Source: Eledone cirrhosa
Taxonomy: Eukaryota
Assembly (NCBI GenBank): GCA_964016885.1
Contig: OZ024741.1
Location: forward strand, 313,534,001-313,598,000
Direction of reading: 5' to 3'
DNA length: 64,000 nucleotides
Of this stretch, positions 41,485-56,395 are shown piece by piece. Within the stretch, counting starts at the first letter, position 1; every line of letters starts with the position of its first letter. The position numbers were made by a program, and so were the translations under genes. The notes beneath the pieces are model-generated. The model had not been told where the DNA came from. It searched no databases and was given only the letters and a program-made list of their open reading frames with translations.

Positions 41485-42422
41485 GGAATCGCTTATGAGG
41501 ATAATGCAAGCTATTTACAGTGGTGCTGTCAGTAAAGTGACAATAGAAATGGAGTTTAGTGAGGAATTCCAGATACAAGTAGGTGTACATCAATGTTCGC
41601 TCCACAGCCCAATCTTTTTCATTATAGACAGCCAAGCCATAACAGTGGAGTTTAAGACTGGCTGCCCATTGGAACTTCCATATGCTGATGATCTGGTTCT
41701 TATAGCAGATTCAGTAGAGGAGCTAGAGAATAAATTCTGGCTATGGAAACAGCAATTTGAATCAAGAGGCCTGAGAGTGAACATAGCTAAAACAAAAGTG
41801 TTGATAAGTGGAAGAGAGGACAATGCTCTGATTCCCTCATGGAATCGGCCATGTTAGATATATAGGAAAGGAACTGGCATCAATTCCATAAAATGTACAC
41901 AATGCTGATCTTGGAGACACAATAGATGTAGTGGGATAGCAGGCAAACTAGCACGTAGGGAAAACTTCGTATGCAATAGATGTACAGGGAAAGTTGACAG
42001 TAGTAATCACAGTGATAGACTCATTTTTCCAATGCAGGTGGGTTCTATAGAAGTGGTTGATAGCTTCCGGTACCCAGGTGATAACATACGCATGAGAGGA
42101 GGGTGTTTCGCGTCCATATTATCTAGAATAAGGACGGGTTGGAAGAAGTTTATGGAGTTTCGCCCTGTTTTGTTTCGTGGGGAAATTACAGTAGTTTTCC
42201 GATAATTTAGATAATTCAGTGAATCAGTATACCATTAACATAGTAACTATAATAGTAATACAAATAGGACTGCTTCTGAGGACAATGCAAGCTATGTACA
42301 GGGGTGCGGTCAGTAAAGTAACAATCGAAATGGAGTTTAGTGAGGAATTCCAGATACACATAGGTATACATCAAGGTTCTCTCCTCAGCCCAAACTTGTT
42401 CGTTATAGTCCCCCAACCATAA
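41485..42422 (+). mobile_element. RTE-like LINE RT fragments
   Basis: ORF 41495-41857 with YADD. Confidence 0.85.
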
Positions 42423-42628
42423 CATAATATTATTAACATTGCATTTAATTGAACTAAAAATCCTAGTATTGTTTATAAAGGATCGATATAATATTCAATA
42501 AATCTACAACTTCATTTGTTTAGCACAATACCAGATTTAATCTTGAAATTTAATATAAAATTATATCATTGATATATGTATGTAATTAATGATATCTTCA
42601 ACATTATCATATATCTTGATAATTTTAG

Positions 42629-42763
42629 AATGCCCAGCAGGAAAGTTTGATCTTGATTGTAATAGGACCTGCCATTGTATCAACAACGCGAACTGTGACA
42701 AGCGATATGGAATATGTTTAGATGGATGTTCTGCTGGTTATACTGGTTACAATTGCCAAGAAG
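42629..42763 (+). CDS. EGF-like exon, type A copy 3
   Basis: AG/GT flanked, 135 bp; ECPAGKFDLDCNRTCHCINNANCDKRYGIC... Confidence 0.85.
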
Positions 42764-42794
42764 GTATCTCATATAATGTTTACGCAAGCATTAT

Positions 42795-43142
<348 letters not shown>

Positions 43143-43785
43143 CTGGTGGCTGCCAACTCGTTTTCGAGTACGGCCACTACTTTACATCCATGTAGGATAA
43201 CCCCTACCGAAGCGCTGAACGAGTGTGACTTTTTAGTCCAGCCAGCGATTTGAAACCTCTGGTACAAACACTACACCTGTGACAATCATTGACACATAGT
43301 GCTAGGCCCATGGTAGGACAATTATTGACACATAGTGCTGGGCCCATGTGAGGACAAGTGCAGAGAGATCTCCAGATATAAAGCAATGCCTGTGCCGTGA
43401 AGCTTTTATAGTGAGCAAAGGCACTGCACAAAGCCAGTCCCACTCTCTTAACCAAGATGCTATTTACCAAAAAGAAGAACAAGTCAACATCATTGGATAC
43501 CATCAGGGTTGCAGGTGTTATATCAGAGTTTTCCTTCTCCTAGAATTCTGCCTTGACTAAGGCTAAAGGGGTCATCTCTCCCGGTGATTTTGGATGGCCA
43601 TTGACTCTTAAGAGCTCCTTTGCCCTTTGACAGGTTTTGTTTTTAGTCCTGCAGGATGTCCAAAGTCACCCTCCTCACCAAGAAACCTTGGTGGGGTTGC
43701 CAGTTTAGTCGCCAACGACCCGACCATGAGACAGGTTGTACTGGGATACATGTTACCAGTAGCACCAACTGGTGACCTGACATAA
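43143..43785 (-). mobile_element. Unit-3-specific ~640-bp insertion, probably an internally deleted RTE-type retroelement
   Basis: Absent from units 1 and 2; flanked by (ACAT)n on both sides; minus-strand frame ends CSVCTRGFKSLAGLKSHTR (RTE-type C-terminal zinc finger); RTE-5'-like CTAGGAGAAGGAAAACTCTGA. Confidence 0.6.
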
Positions 43786-44753
43786 TACATACATACATAC
43801 ATACATACATACATACATACATACATACATACATACATACATACATACATACATACATACATACATACATACATACATACATACATACATACATACATAC
43901 ATACTTACATACATACATACACCGGTGTAAAAGTTGATCCGCTGCATATTTCGACCTAATCAAATCATGTGGTAAAAATCAGGTTTAGGCCTATACACCA
44001 CAGTTTAGACGACAACATTGGTATAAAGGATACCTTCTCCCCAGCTGTAGATATGTTTGCCGTTGTTTATTTGCATTAAACAGAAAACATTAAAATCAAA
44101 ACTAAATAGTTGTAAAATAAAAAATGCCTGTGAAGAAAGTAAAAGTTGCAAAATTTATTTTTCAGTTAACAAAATGATTTAACTGAACTGATTTATTAGT
44201 AGACAATATCCTACGACACCGTGACTTAATACGCGTGAATTTTAAAAACCTAAATATTCCTTATCCAATGTGTATCTGCTTAGGTTGGGATATGCTGTGC
44301 TGAATAGAACCCGTCCAACTATTGCAAGCAGGGAAATGCGGGCGAAAAATGATAATAAATAAAAATGCATGTGAAGAAAGTACAATTTGCCAAATTAACT
44401 TTTCAGTTAACAAAATCATTTAACTGAACAGTTTTTTTAATAAACAACATGCTACCACACCATCACTTGATACAGGGTAGATTTAAAAAGCTAAATATTC
44501 CTTATCCAATGTGTATCATTATTACGTGGCGATATGATTTCATATCGACCTGTTTTGTTCCGTGGCGAAATTACCGGAGATTTTCCGATAGTTTAGATAA
44601 TTCAGTGAATCAGTATACCATTCATATTATGACTATGATATTCATGATAATATTATAGATATATATGTGTATATATATATATGTATGTATATATGTATTT
44701 ATGTATGTGTGTGTGTATGTGTGTATGTATACATTTATATATATACGGTGTAT

Positions 44754-44784
<31 letters not shown>

Positions 44785-44991
44785 GCGTGTGTGCGTGTGT
44801 GTGTGTCTGTTTTTATTTACATGTAGGAATGTCGCAAACACATATCGTAGTAACTGGTAGAATATGATAATATTTGGAACGATTATATATCATTTTTTTC
44901 TTATAATACTCTTTGTTTCTTTCATGATGTTTTAAACATTGCCGTTAACTGAACTAAAAATCCATGTATGTTTTATAGAGAATCGTTATAA

Positions 44992-45595
44992 TCAATATAT
45001 ATGAAACCTTGGATGTATATCTGTGTTTGTGTGTGTCTGTGAGTTTGAATCCCTAACACTCTAGAAGTACCGAACCGATTTTTTCAAAGTTTACATCTGT
45101 ATTACGTATGTTTCAGGGAATGTTATGCACGTACAATTCAACTTTGTTCATCCCCTAGGACCCGCATTAGGTGAAAAAGTGTGTTTTATTTCAGATTTTA
45201 GGGGTATCTTGATGCTTTACGTCAGACCGAATTTCTTGAAATTGTAACTATGTATTATTCAGTCTCTTTTTATACCGGTAGCAAAGACAATCCAACTTTA
45301 TTATTGCCTATGGCCCGCAGTAGGTGAGCAACTTCATTTTTTCAGGCATATTTTTCAAGGCATATTATGCACATGAAAACAATTCATTTTCTTGATTCCC
45401 TAAGGCCCACATTAGCTGAAAACCTGTATTTTTCCTCATTCATCGAGGTAAATCTCAAAGATTATCCAGCCATCAGAATATACGGTTTATTTTCTTTACA
45501 TATTGTCCGGGCATGCAGTTTTTCCACGATTAAGGCTGTTGGTGGCCCGCGTTCTAAAATACCTTATCCCGTGCAACGCCCGATACCACTGCTGG
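44992..45595 (+). mobile_element. Non-autonomous Helitron-like copy
   Basis: Copy of 21967. Confidence 0.75.
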
Positions 45596-45720
45596 TATTC
45601 AATAAATATACACATTCATTTTTTACCACAAGACCACTTTAAGCGTAACATTTTGTATAAAATTGTATCATTTATAATTAATGATATATGCAACAATATC
45701 ATATATAGTGATATTTTCAG

Positions 45721-45855
45721 AATGCAGAGCAGGAAGGTTTGGTGTTGCTTGTAATGGGACATGCCATTGTATCAACAGCATAAACTGTGCCAAGCGAAAT
45801 GGAACATGTTCAGATGGATGTTCTGCAGGTTATACTGTTGTCAATTGCCAAGAAG
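45721..45855 (+). pseudogene. EGF exon type B copy 2: open frame, canonical donor lost
   Basis: Protein identical to 22696 (one synonymous change seen); donor AT. Confidence 0.7.
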
Positions 45856-46294
45856 ATATCTCATAAACTTGTTGCGTACTTACTAAACACACACACACAC
45901 ATACACACAACTATATACCCAACCCACACACACACATATACATGTATATATATATATATATAAATGGAATAGAATGAAACGAAATTTCATTTCTCACTCT
46001 TAGTACGGCACTGACTTCGCCTTTCATCCTTACGTGGTCGATAAAATAAAGTACCAGTAATGTACTGGAATAATTGCTGGCCTTGTGCCAAAAGTAGAAA
46101 CAATTATCTATGTATACGTACATACATATATGTATACATACGTACAGAAGTATGTATATATATACATACATTTGTACAAAGAAACAAACCGAGCATTATA
46201 ATAAATGTTCGGTAAACCGATACGTGCATGTATATATGTGTGCATGTACGTATATATATACATATATGTATGTACGTATATATACATACATACA

Positions 46295-46333
<39 letters not shown>

Positions 46334-46345
46334 TATATATAGTTA

Positions 46346-48012
46346 TACTTGAGGAGGGTCATATTGTTGTAATAACTTTGCCAGAAATAATAACAGAACA
46401 CATTCACGCTTTGGTTGGTTTTCGCTTTGGTTGGTTTTCGCTTTGTATGTTTTATATCTCCATAGTTAATTCATTCGGCAATCAATGTGTATCACTGATT
46501 CACTAACGGTCAAAAATACAGATATAAATACATATATATAGTCTAAAAAATTTCTTTCGTTTCACATCTGCAACATCATCAGTGGTACTATTATGTATCA
46601 CTCCTGCTGTATTACAAGTCTACGCCATTTATATTTTATCTTTTTTATTTATTTATTTTTATTTATTTTTGTCTTCGTACCTGTGCATGCGTTTGTTTGG
46701 TGTGTTTGGGTGACTGTGTTTTGGTTATTGTATTCTATCTTAATTTATTAGTGTGTCTTTATATGTGTTTTTTTGTTATTGTGCTTGTGTATTTATTCAT
46801 TTATTTATATATATTTTTATATTTCTCTTAAGTCAGTATTGTTTGTTTGGGTGTTGTTATTCCATTAATTTTTTTCTGTTTAGCTTTCTCTTTTTAAGAT
46901 CTGTCGCGCTTGACTCTCTGATTTGCCTACCTGCTGGCTCATTTCTATTTTTTAGATATTATTTTAATTTCTATGTTGACTATGTCACCGTCATGTTGTT
47001 GTCTGGCATGTTCGTAGGTACTGAACCTGTTTTTTTGCTCTTTTAATTCCCCCCAGTGTTGGTCTATACTTTCTCTTATGCATCGAGCTGTCTCGCCTAT
47101 GTATGGCGTTGTGATGTTTCTGCAAGTAGCCTCTGTACATCTTATGCTATAGACTACATTTCTAGTTTTACAGTTTATCTGGGGATTTACTTTACATATA
47201 GTACACTTCTTATAAGTATAGTGGGTTTTGTTGAAAGTTTGTTTTGCTGATCAGGGATTTCATGGTAGTTACTGGTTTTTCTAACACTTTACTCATTAAG
47301 TGGATCTTTCTCAGGACCATTCTACATTGGTTAGCTAATTTCCCTCCAGGGGTAGCGTGCACGTATATGACAATCTGGTATCTCGGGTTGTGGTACCATG
47401 AGGTGGCTTTGCCTATCTTTTGCTTAGTCCTATCTAAGCTATTCCATGATTTTCTCCTGTATAATGGGCAAATTACTTTCATGTCCAGTTCTATGAGGGT
47501 CTTATACTTCTCAGTGTTTACTTTGTATACTCGGATTCTGTCTCTTTGGTTGTAGCCAGAGAAATGCCTGCGCTTTATGAAGTGTTTGATGTGTCTTTCC
47601 ATTTATCTTGGGTCGCTCATGCGGGACACGTTCTTCATCACTCGTACCAAGTCTGCGATCAGAATATTAAACTTAGCACTACTGAACATTGCTGTGTATT
47701 TGAGTAACAGGTATTTGGAGGCCATGGGTTTAGCGTAGTGTGAGTGGGGAATTTGGGACCTATCGTATATAGTGTTAATCCAGAATTCCGTGTCTAATAC
47801 AGGTAGTCTATTATTAGGTTGATTGGAAGGGTATTCAATAGTTACAGTTATACTCTGGTGTATGGAGTTAGTTATCTGCTGGATTCTTTCCATTGTGCTA
47901 TATTCTAATTGCTATTCGTTACTATTCTCTTGTGGCAGTGTCCTTATTACTATATTTAATATTGTCTACGTAAGGAGAGTACAGGATGTGTTCTATGGAG
48001 CTCACTTCAAGG
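46346..48012 (-). mobile_element. Penelope-like family 2, shorter copy
   Basis: Copy of 23361-25020. Confidence 0.85.
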
Positions 48013-48274
48013 AGATTTTTGTATGTTTCAGTTAACAAAATGGTTCAACTGAACTGTTTTATTAGTAAACAATATCCTACCACACGTGACCTGATACGCG
48101 GGAATTGTAAAAATCTAAATAGTCCTTATCCAATGTGTATCATCATAGATGGTGATATATATTTACTGTCGTCCTGTTTTGTTTCGTGGAGAAATTACAG
48201 TAGTTTTCCGATAATTTAGATAATTCAGTTAATCAGTATTCTATTAATATAATAACTATAATATTAATACTAAT

Positions 48275-49437
48275 AGGAATCGCTTGTGAGGACAATGCAA
48301 GATACGTACAGTGGTGCTGTCAGTAAAGTGACAAGAGAAATGAAGTTTAGTGAGGAATTCCAGATACAAGCAGGTGTACATCAATGTCGCTCCTCAGTCC
48401 AATCTTTTCCATTATAGACCACCAAGCCATGACAGGGGAGTTTAAGACTGGCTGCCCATGGGAACTTCTATATGCTGATGATCTGGTTCTTATATCAGAT
48501 TGAGTACAGGAGCTAGAGAATATATTCTGGCTATGGAAACAGTAATTTGAATCAAGAGGCCTGAGAGAGAACATAGCTAAAACAAAAGTGTTGATAAGTG
48601 GAAGAGAGGACAATGCTCTGATTCTATCAGGGAAATGGCCATGTTAGATATATAGAAAAGGAACTGGCATAAATTCCATAAAATATACACAATGCTGATC
48701 TTGGAGACACAATTGATGTAGTGCGTTAGCAGGCAAACTAACAGGTAGGGAAAACTACGTATGCAATAGATGTACAGGGAAAGTTGGCAGTAGTAATTAC
48801 TGTGATAGACTCATTTTTCCAATGCAGGTGGGTTCTATAGAAGTGACTGATAGTTTCCGGTACCCAGGTGATAAGATACGCATGGGAGGAGGGTGTTCCG
48901 CGTCCATATTATCTAGAATAAGGGCGGATTGGAAGAAGTTTATGGAGTTTCTTCCTCTGTTGATAAAGAAGCGGTTCTCCATGCGTACAAATGGACGGCC
49001 ATATGATACATGTGTGAGATGCGACGATACTGCATGGTAGTTAGAAATGGACAACAACTGCTGAAGATATACGACGGCTGGAGAGAAATGAAGCAAGTAT
49101 GTTCCGTTGTATGTGCAATTGTAATGTGCGTGAACAACCAAGCATAGACGAGTTGAGAAGGAAACTGGGTATAAGAGGGATACATTGTAGTGTGCAGGAG
49201 AGAACGCTGAGACGGTATGGACATTTGATGTGATTGGAGGATGAGCGCTGTGTGAAGAAGTGCCAGAAAGTCCAAGTGGAGGGAAGACGCAGTACGGGTA
49301 GACCACGAAGAACATGGGCGGGTCTGGTGCAAGTCAACGAGGAGATGACAAAGGACCGTGACAAGTGAGGAGGTGCTGTGCTGAATAGGACCCGTCCAAC
49401 CATTGCTAGCTGGGAAAAGCGGGCGGAAAAATTATAA
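48275..49437 (+). mobile_element. 5'-truncated decayed RTE-like LINE
   Basis: Copy of 25283-26445. Confidence 0.8.
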
Positions 49438-49511
49438 TAAATAAAAATGCTCGTGAAGAAAGTACAATTTAGAAATTATACTTTTGTGTGTGTGTGTGTG
49501 TGTGTGTGCGT

Positions 49512-49555
<44 letters not shown>

Positions 49556-49995
49556 CAAAGTAAAAATGTCGCAAATACATATCGTAGTAACTGATAAAAT
49601 ATGGTGTAAATTTGAAGGTTTATATATGTTGTTTCTCATGGTATTGTTTGTTTCTTTCATTATGTTGTATATATATATTATATGTATATATATGTATGTA
49701 TGTATGTATATATAAGTATATATGTGTGTGTGTATGTATGCATTTATATATATATATATATAACATATATATATATACAGTATATATTATCTATTTGTAA
49801 AAGGTAAACGGAAATAACAAGACAATCGGTACAGTATATGGAAGGGATATATTAGGTTAACGTTTGATATAGCAGGAATATCGTCTCAGCATTTTGGACA
49901 CTAGTCCTTCATTAGAAGAAACAATGAGAAATAAAATAGATTAAGGGGGCATTTGAATTGGAATTGGAATAAAAATAAAAATAACAGGTTCATCT

Positions 49996-50049
49996 GAACA
50001 TGTTCAGATGGATGTTCTGCAGGTTATATTGGTGTCAATTGCCAAGAAG
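49996..50049 (+). pseudogene. Half exon, type C copy 3
   Basis: Same 5' deletion as 4048; GT donor retained. Confidence 0.8.
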
Positions 50050-50133
50050 GTATCTCATAAAATTGTTACGTACTTACTATACACACACACATTCACGCAC
50101 ACACACACACACATGCACACACGCGCGCGCCCA

Positions 50134-50181
<48 letters not shown>

Positions 50182-51000
50182 CACACACACATCTATTCGT
50201 ATATATTTAATTATATATAAAAAAACTATATATATACCTTATATGCCGGTATGAAAGTTGATGCGCTGCATAAGTCGACCCATCAAATGTTGTGGTGTAA
50301 TTCAGGTGGAGGCCTATATACGCCGGTTGAGACGGCACCCCAGGTATAAGGCTTTACCATCTCCTCAGCCGTAGATATGCTTGCCGTTGTTTATTTGCAC
50401 AAAATATAAAATATGGAAATAAACACTAAATAGTTGTAAAATTAAAATGCATGTGAGGAAAGTACAATTTGTAAAATTTATATTTCATTTCACAAAAAGA
50501 TTTAACTGAACTGTTTTATTAGTAAACAACATGCTACCACACCGTCACTTGATATGCGCTAATTTAAAAAAACCTAAATATTCCTTATCCAATGTGTATC
50601 AGCATTACATGGCGATATATTTTTTATTTCGACGTGTTTGTTTCATGGAAAAATCACAGCAGATTTTCCAATAGTTTCGATAATTCAGTGAATCAGTATA
50701 CCATTAATCTTACAACTATGATATTCATGATAATATTATATCTATTTTGGAAGGATTATACATGTTGTTTTTCTAATAATATTGTTTGTTTCTTTTATAA
50801 TGTTATTAACATTGCATTTAACTGAACTAAAAATCCATCTATAATTAATAGAAGATCGATATAACATTCAATATTTCTACAAGTTAATTGGTTTATCCCA
50901 AGCCCACTTTAATCTTGAAATTTGCTATCAAATCGTATCAATGATTTTTGTATGTAATTAATGATATCTTCAACTTTATCATATATATTGATATATTTAG

Positions 51001-51135
51001 AATGCCGAGAAGGAAAGTTTGGTGTTGCTTGTAATGGGACATGCCATTGTATCAACAACATGAACTGTGACAAGCGAAATGGAAGATGTTCAGATGGATG
51101 TTCTGCAGGTTATACTGGTGACAATTGCCAACAAG
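51001..51135 (+). CDS. EGF-like exon, type D copy 3
   Basis: AG/GT flanked, 135 bp; matches D copy 2. Confidence 0.85.
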
Positions 51136-51260
51136 GTATCTCATAACAATGTTACGTACTTATTAGACACACAAACACACACATACATATACAAACACAC
51201 ACACAGAGACACACATATAAACATATTTATATATATTTATATATATATATATATATATAT

Positions 51261-54200
51261 GGGGTAACAAGTTATCGTTATAGGTAATCCAGTTAGATGT
51301 TGTGAGTACTCTGAGTCGTGGATAGTTTTAACGTACGGCTTTGCTTAACTCAACAATATGTTTCCATAGTTAGGGAGCGAGTTCGCGGTACATCCTATGT
51401 AGGTTCTACTTGGAGTAATAATAGTGAAAGTATGAAGAGTAACATCGTTGGCTGTGCAACAAGGAGTTTTATGTCAGGTATTGACTATTGTTTCATTGAT
51501 CAGGTGAGTCTAGAGGTCGCTAATCGCTTGAAGTTGCTCAATTCGATCTCCATTATATTATTTACTTTAAACCAACTCCTCAGAATACAAAACACAATTC
51601 ACTCAAGGCAAAATATATAGAGAGAAATAGAGTATAATCAAAACAATAACATCAATAATAAAATATATATGATAAATAGGTAGAGAGGTTACAGATGTAA
51701 ATGTATAATGTAAAAGATAAGAAAAAGGGTACAGTAAAAAGTAAGGAAATGGAAAAAAATATAAATAAATAAGGATAAGTGAGATCATGTAAGTACAGTA
51801 TATGATAGTGGTAGTAGAGAGTCTGATGTAGTGACAAATAAAAGAAAAAGCATAAATTAGAGATTAATGGGGAGATACTAGTATGAGATTTAAGGGTAAG
51901 GGTGGATGGTGAAGGGATCTTTGACAAATGTGTGTAGTAAATATTTTGCTGATTGTCCTGTCTTAATGGATGTGATGCTGTTTCAGGAGAGCGGGTGAAA
52001 TAGATGTTAAGATATTTATGATCTAGTGACCAGTTGGTTGTTTGGCAGCTAAGAGCGGTGTGATTGTGTCTATTGCATACGTTGAAATTCTGGTGGTTCA
52101 GTTCTAAATTCGGTATTGTTGGCTCGAATCAGGTGGTTTAAAACTTGTGAACTTGGTAGCTATTTTATGCCTACAGAAAATTGATCTTTCTATTTTGCTG
52201 TTAAGCAGCATCTTATCGTACCTTAAAATATGGAATAGCTCCATATTACAAATTCTTCAGTGGGGCATTCCATTGTCGTTAGCCCTTGCTTCTGATATTT
52301 TGACCAGCTAATCCCATATTCCTGTTTTGTGTTTTTAAGCTGCAAGATTTTATTGGCTTGCGCCGTAGAATTATATAGTCTACGGTTCTTCATGGAGTGT
52401 CTGTGGACGTACCACCTTTTTTTTAACTCCCCAGCCCGTGGAACCTATGTAGTGCCAAGTAGAGTTGCCTGAATTTACAGTACACAGGTACACCATACTC
52501 GAATCCACGCATCTATTTTGCAGTGTGCACTTATCCGGTAGGTGGCAATTACAGTTGGAGGCTTTTCTTTGTGCCGCTTCTCCGTTGCGGTTTTGTATGT
52601 TCGTTGTGGGTGGGTTGATATTTAGGCCAATTAGTGTTTTGTTGTGATGCGCCCTAATGTATGTGTGGTTGGGATGTTATGTGTTTGCGTTTTGTATTTG
52701 GTGCTATGATGTATATTGGTAGGTTATTTTCTTTAGAGATGTTTTTGTGGTTGATTTTACGTATGTGTGATTCTATGTTGGCTGCAGTAGAGTAAGATTG
52801 TTTGATAGTTCTTCTATTAAAGAATCTATGGTATTTGAGTAGATTAACAAAGTGTATGTCTATTAGCTTAAATAATGTAGAAGACAGTTTTGTTTTTATA
52901 GAGGACTTGGATATTGGATTGAACCATAGGTATTTTCTATCATAGGTATCTTCTATGCTTAGTCCTATGCTTGTTATTTCATAAGGTGTGGGTAGTGTAG
53001 TTTTCGTTAGGGTTGTTGCTGCTGTCCCTATCTGGTATGTTCTCCAACCCCTCTTTACGTCCTGCCTTATGTATAGCTATATTATAATACTTTGGGTGTT
53101 CGTTAAAAATCTCTAGGTTAGAAGGTAGGCTGCATATTCTGAAGGATATACTATGTGCTATGGTGTTAATTATGGATCGGGGGTGGTCGTTAATTATGGA
53201 TCGGGGGTGGTTGTTATTTTATGGAAGGGCTCTATTAATCTGGTGATTAGGTTGAGTGTTACATCTAAAATGTTTGATTTTTTAGAATTCAGTTCGAACG
53301 TAGTACCTAGGCCTAGTTTGTTAAAGAAGGCTCTGATGTTTTTTCGTAATTTTTCCATGTTTTGATTATTTAAGTTTTTGTCTAAAAGTAATGTGTCGTC
53401 TCTATAAATTCATCCCTCGTGGTTATTGAATTCCTTATGTAAGTTGTGCGCTATATATATTCACACGAATTCCGTTACCTGTGCCGAGTCGTTAGATCCC
53501 ATTGTGATATTGAAGCTATTCTGTCTATTCTTACGTTGCCAGTAACTATTTTCGAATCTAATGATAGTTCTCCTAGTAGCATTATTATTTTAATTGCGTC
53601 CGAGGTAAGGTACGAATTTTCCTGGGCAAAGGTTAGCGCTTTATCTAGGGTGACTGGGGATATGGATGAGTAGTAGTCATCAATGTGGAACTGTACGAAG
53701 TTGGATGTTTCTCTACTGTCTATTTTGCTGAACCAGTCTATTGCTTCGTTAGTGTTACCCCATACCTTAATTACTAGTTCGTCCGTGATTTGTGCGATTA
53801 CACTATCTAGTATATACTTCGCAATTCTATCTATATACGACTTCGATGGGCATATTAATCTAATTGCGGGCTCTATTTCGAAATTATATTTGTGATCCTT
53901 TAGGTTAAATGTGGGGTTACAAGGTGCTAGAGGCTTGGTTCTATCAGATGTTTTCAGTTTTTAGAATGCTAAGTCCTTCTTTAATAATGCTAGTGAGTGC
54001 AGATTCTGTTGTTTGTTTGTATTTTTTGTGCAGTTCACGACGTACACAATTATTGTATGTATTAAGTCTCATGTCGTATATGCTTCAAGTTTTATCTCCT
54101 TTTACTATAATACCGTTGGCGTTGCATAGTTCTTTTAGAAGTGTATTGATGTCGTTTTACAATTTGTTGTGATGTGTCATTACTTTGAATTTGGTTCCAC

Positions 54201-55157
54201 CTATCATGTTCATGAGGTCGAGTTCGAAGGCATCGAGCTGGGGGTTATTCGGAGGATTTTTCAGGATTTGAATCCGTATATTTTCCTAGTAATTTCCTCC
54301 GTGTTATTAGCGTGTCCTTTATCATAATGATAGGCCTTCCATCGGATTCGACGAATGAAGTCATTAGTCCTTGTTAGTATGTATAGGTATGTTTTTCAAT
54401 GACATATCTATGTGGTGATTTTCCATTTTAGTGCCGTGCGTTAAAGTTGTTGCTCAACCTAGTGGGAGCTGGGTATATGGGGTAACAAGTTATCGTTATA
54501 GGTAATCCAGTTAGAGGTTGTCAGTACTCTGCGTCATGGATAGTTTTAACGTACTGCTTTGTTTAACTTAACAAGATGTTTCCATAGTTAGGCAACGAGT
54601 TCGCGGTAATTCCTATGTAGGTTCTACTTGGAGTAATAATAGTGAAAGTATGAAGAGTAACATGGTTGGTTGTACATCAAGGGACTTTGTACGTTTCGAA
54701 TATGACTTTTTATGTTAGCAAAAAACCCACCACACAATCCTTATACGAACAACACTTACTCACCACCACCACTATCATACTCTGTACTTACATGGTCTCA
54801 CTTATTCTTATTACAGTATATTTTTCCATTTTCTTACTTTTTTACTGTATCTTTTTTCTTATCTTTTACTTTTTATATTTTACATCTGTAACCTCTCTAC
54901 CCATTATCATATATATTTTATTATTGTTGTTATTGTTTTGATTATACGCTATTTCTCTCTATATATCTTGCCTTGAGAGAATTGCTTTTGTATTATGTGG
55001 AGTTGGTTAAAGGTAAATAATGTAATGGATCTCGAGTGCCGCAACTTCGAGCGATTATCGAGCTCTAGACTCACCTGATCAATAAAGCAAGTGTCAATGC
55101 CTGAAAGAAGGCCCCGTGTTGTACAGCCAACCATGTTAACCTTCATCCTTTCACTAT
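51261..55157 (-). mobile_element. Penelope-like family 1, copy 3
   Basis: Same structure and insertion point. Confidence 0.85.
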
Positions 55158-55939
55158 ATACACCCTATATTCCGGTGTAAATTTTGATCCGCTGCATATA
55201 CGTCCCATCAAATATTATGGTGTAAGTTAGGTTGAAGCCTATAGACACCGGTTGATACGACACACCAGGTATAAGCCATTATCATCTGGCCAGCCGCAAT
55301 TATGCTTGCCGTTAACAAAAGGATTTAACTGAAGTGTTTTATTAGTAAACAATATGCTATCACACCCTAACTTGATAGGCAGAATTTTAAAAAACCTAAA
55401 TACTCTTTATCCAGTGTGCATCATTGTTACGTGGCGATATGATTTTACTTTCGACCTGTTTTGTATTGTGGCGAAATTACCGGAGATTTTCCGATAGTTT
55501 AGATAATTCAGTGAATCAGTATACCATTCATATTTTCACTATGATATTCATGATAATATTATAGATATATATGTGTGTATATATTTATGTATGTATGTAT
55601 TTATGTATCTATGTGTGTGTGTGTATGTGTGTATGTATGCATATATATATATATACAGTATATTATTGTAGAATATGGTAATATTTGGAAGGATTATATA
55701 TGATATTTTTCTTATAGTATTGTTTGTTACTTTCATAATGTTATTAATATTGCATTTAATTGAACTAAAAATCCAAGTATTTTTTTATAAAGGATCGATA
55801 TAATATTCAATAAATTTACAACTTCATTTGTTTAGCATAAGACCACTTTATTCTTGAACTTTGATATAAAATTGTATCATTGATATATGTATGCAATTAA
55901 TGATATATTCAACATTATCATATATATTGTTAATTTTAG

Positions 55940-56074
55940 AATGCCGAGCAGGAAAGTTTGGTGTTGCTTGTAATGGGACCTGCCATTGTATCAACGACAC
56001 GAACTGTAACAAGCGAAACGGCACATGTTTAGAAGGATGTTCTGCAGGTTATGCTGGTGTCAATTGCCAAGAAG
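55940..56074 (+). CDS. EGF-like exon, type E copy 3
   Basis: AG/GT flanked, 135 bp; matches E copy 2. Confidence 0.85.
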
Positions 56075-56150
56075 GTATTGTTACGTAATTATTATACACA
56101 CGCACACACACATACACACACACCCCCACATACAAACACACAAATATACA

Positions 56151-56188
<38 letters not shown>

Positions 56189-56395
56189 AATACATTTATA
56201 TATATACCGTATATGACTTGTACGCGGGAATTTTTTAAATATTCCTTATCCAATGTGTATCAGCTTAGATGGCGATATATATTTACTGTCGTCCTGTTTT
56301 GTTTCGTGGGGAAATTACAGTAGTTTTTCGATAATTTAGAAAATTCAGTGAATCAGTATACCATTAATATAATAATTATAATATTAATACTAATA

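Larger units (their letters stand above)
19012..41856. repeat. Higher-order repeat unit 2 (22.8 kb)
   Basis: ORFs and elements recur at offsets of ~22.85-23.05 kb in unit 3. Confidence 0.95.

Noticed and set aside
43690-43785. Possible HDV-like ribozyme at the 5' end of the RTE-derived insertion (CCAGT/ACTGG, CTAA)
   Set aside because: Could not build P1, P3 and P1.1 convincingly by eye
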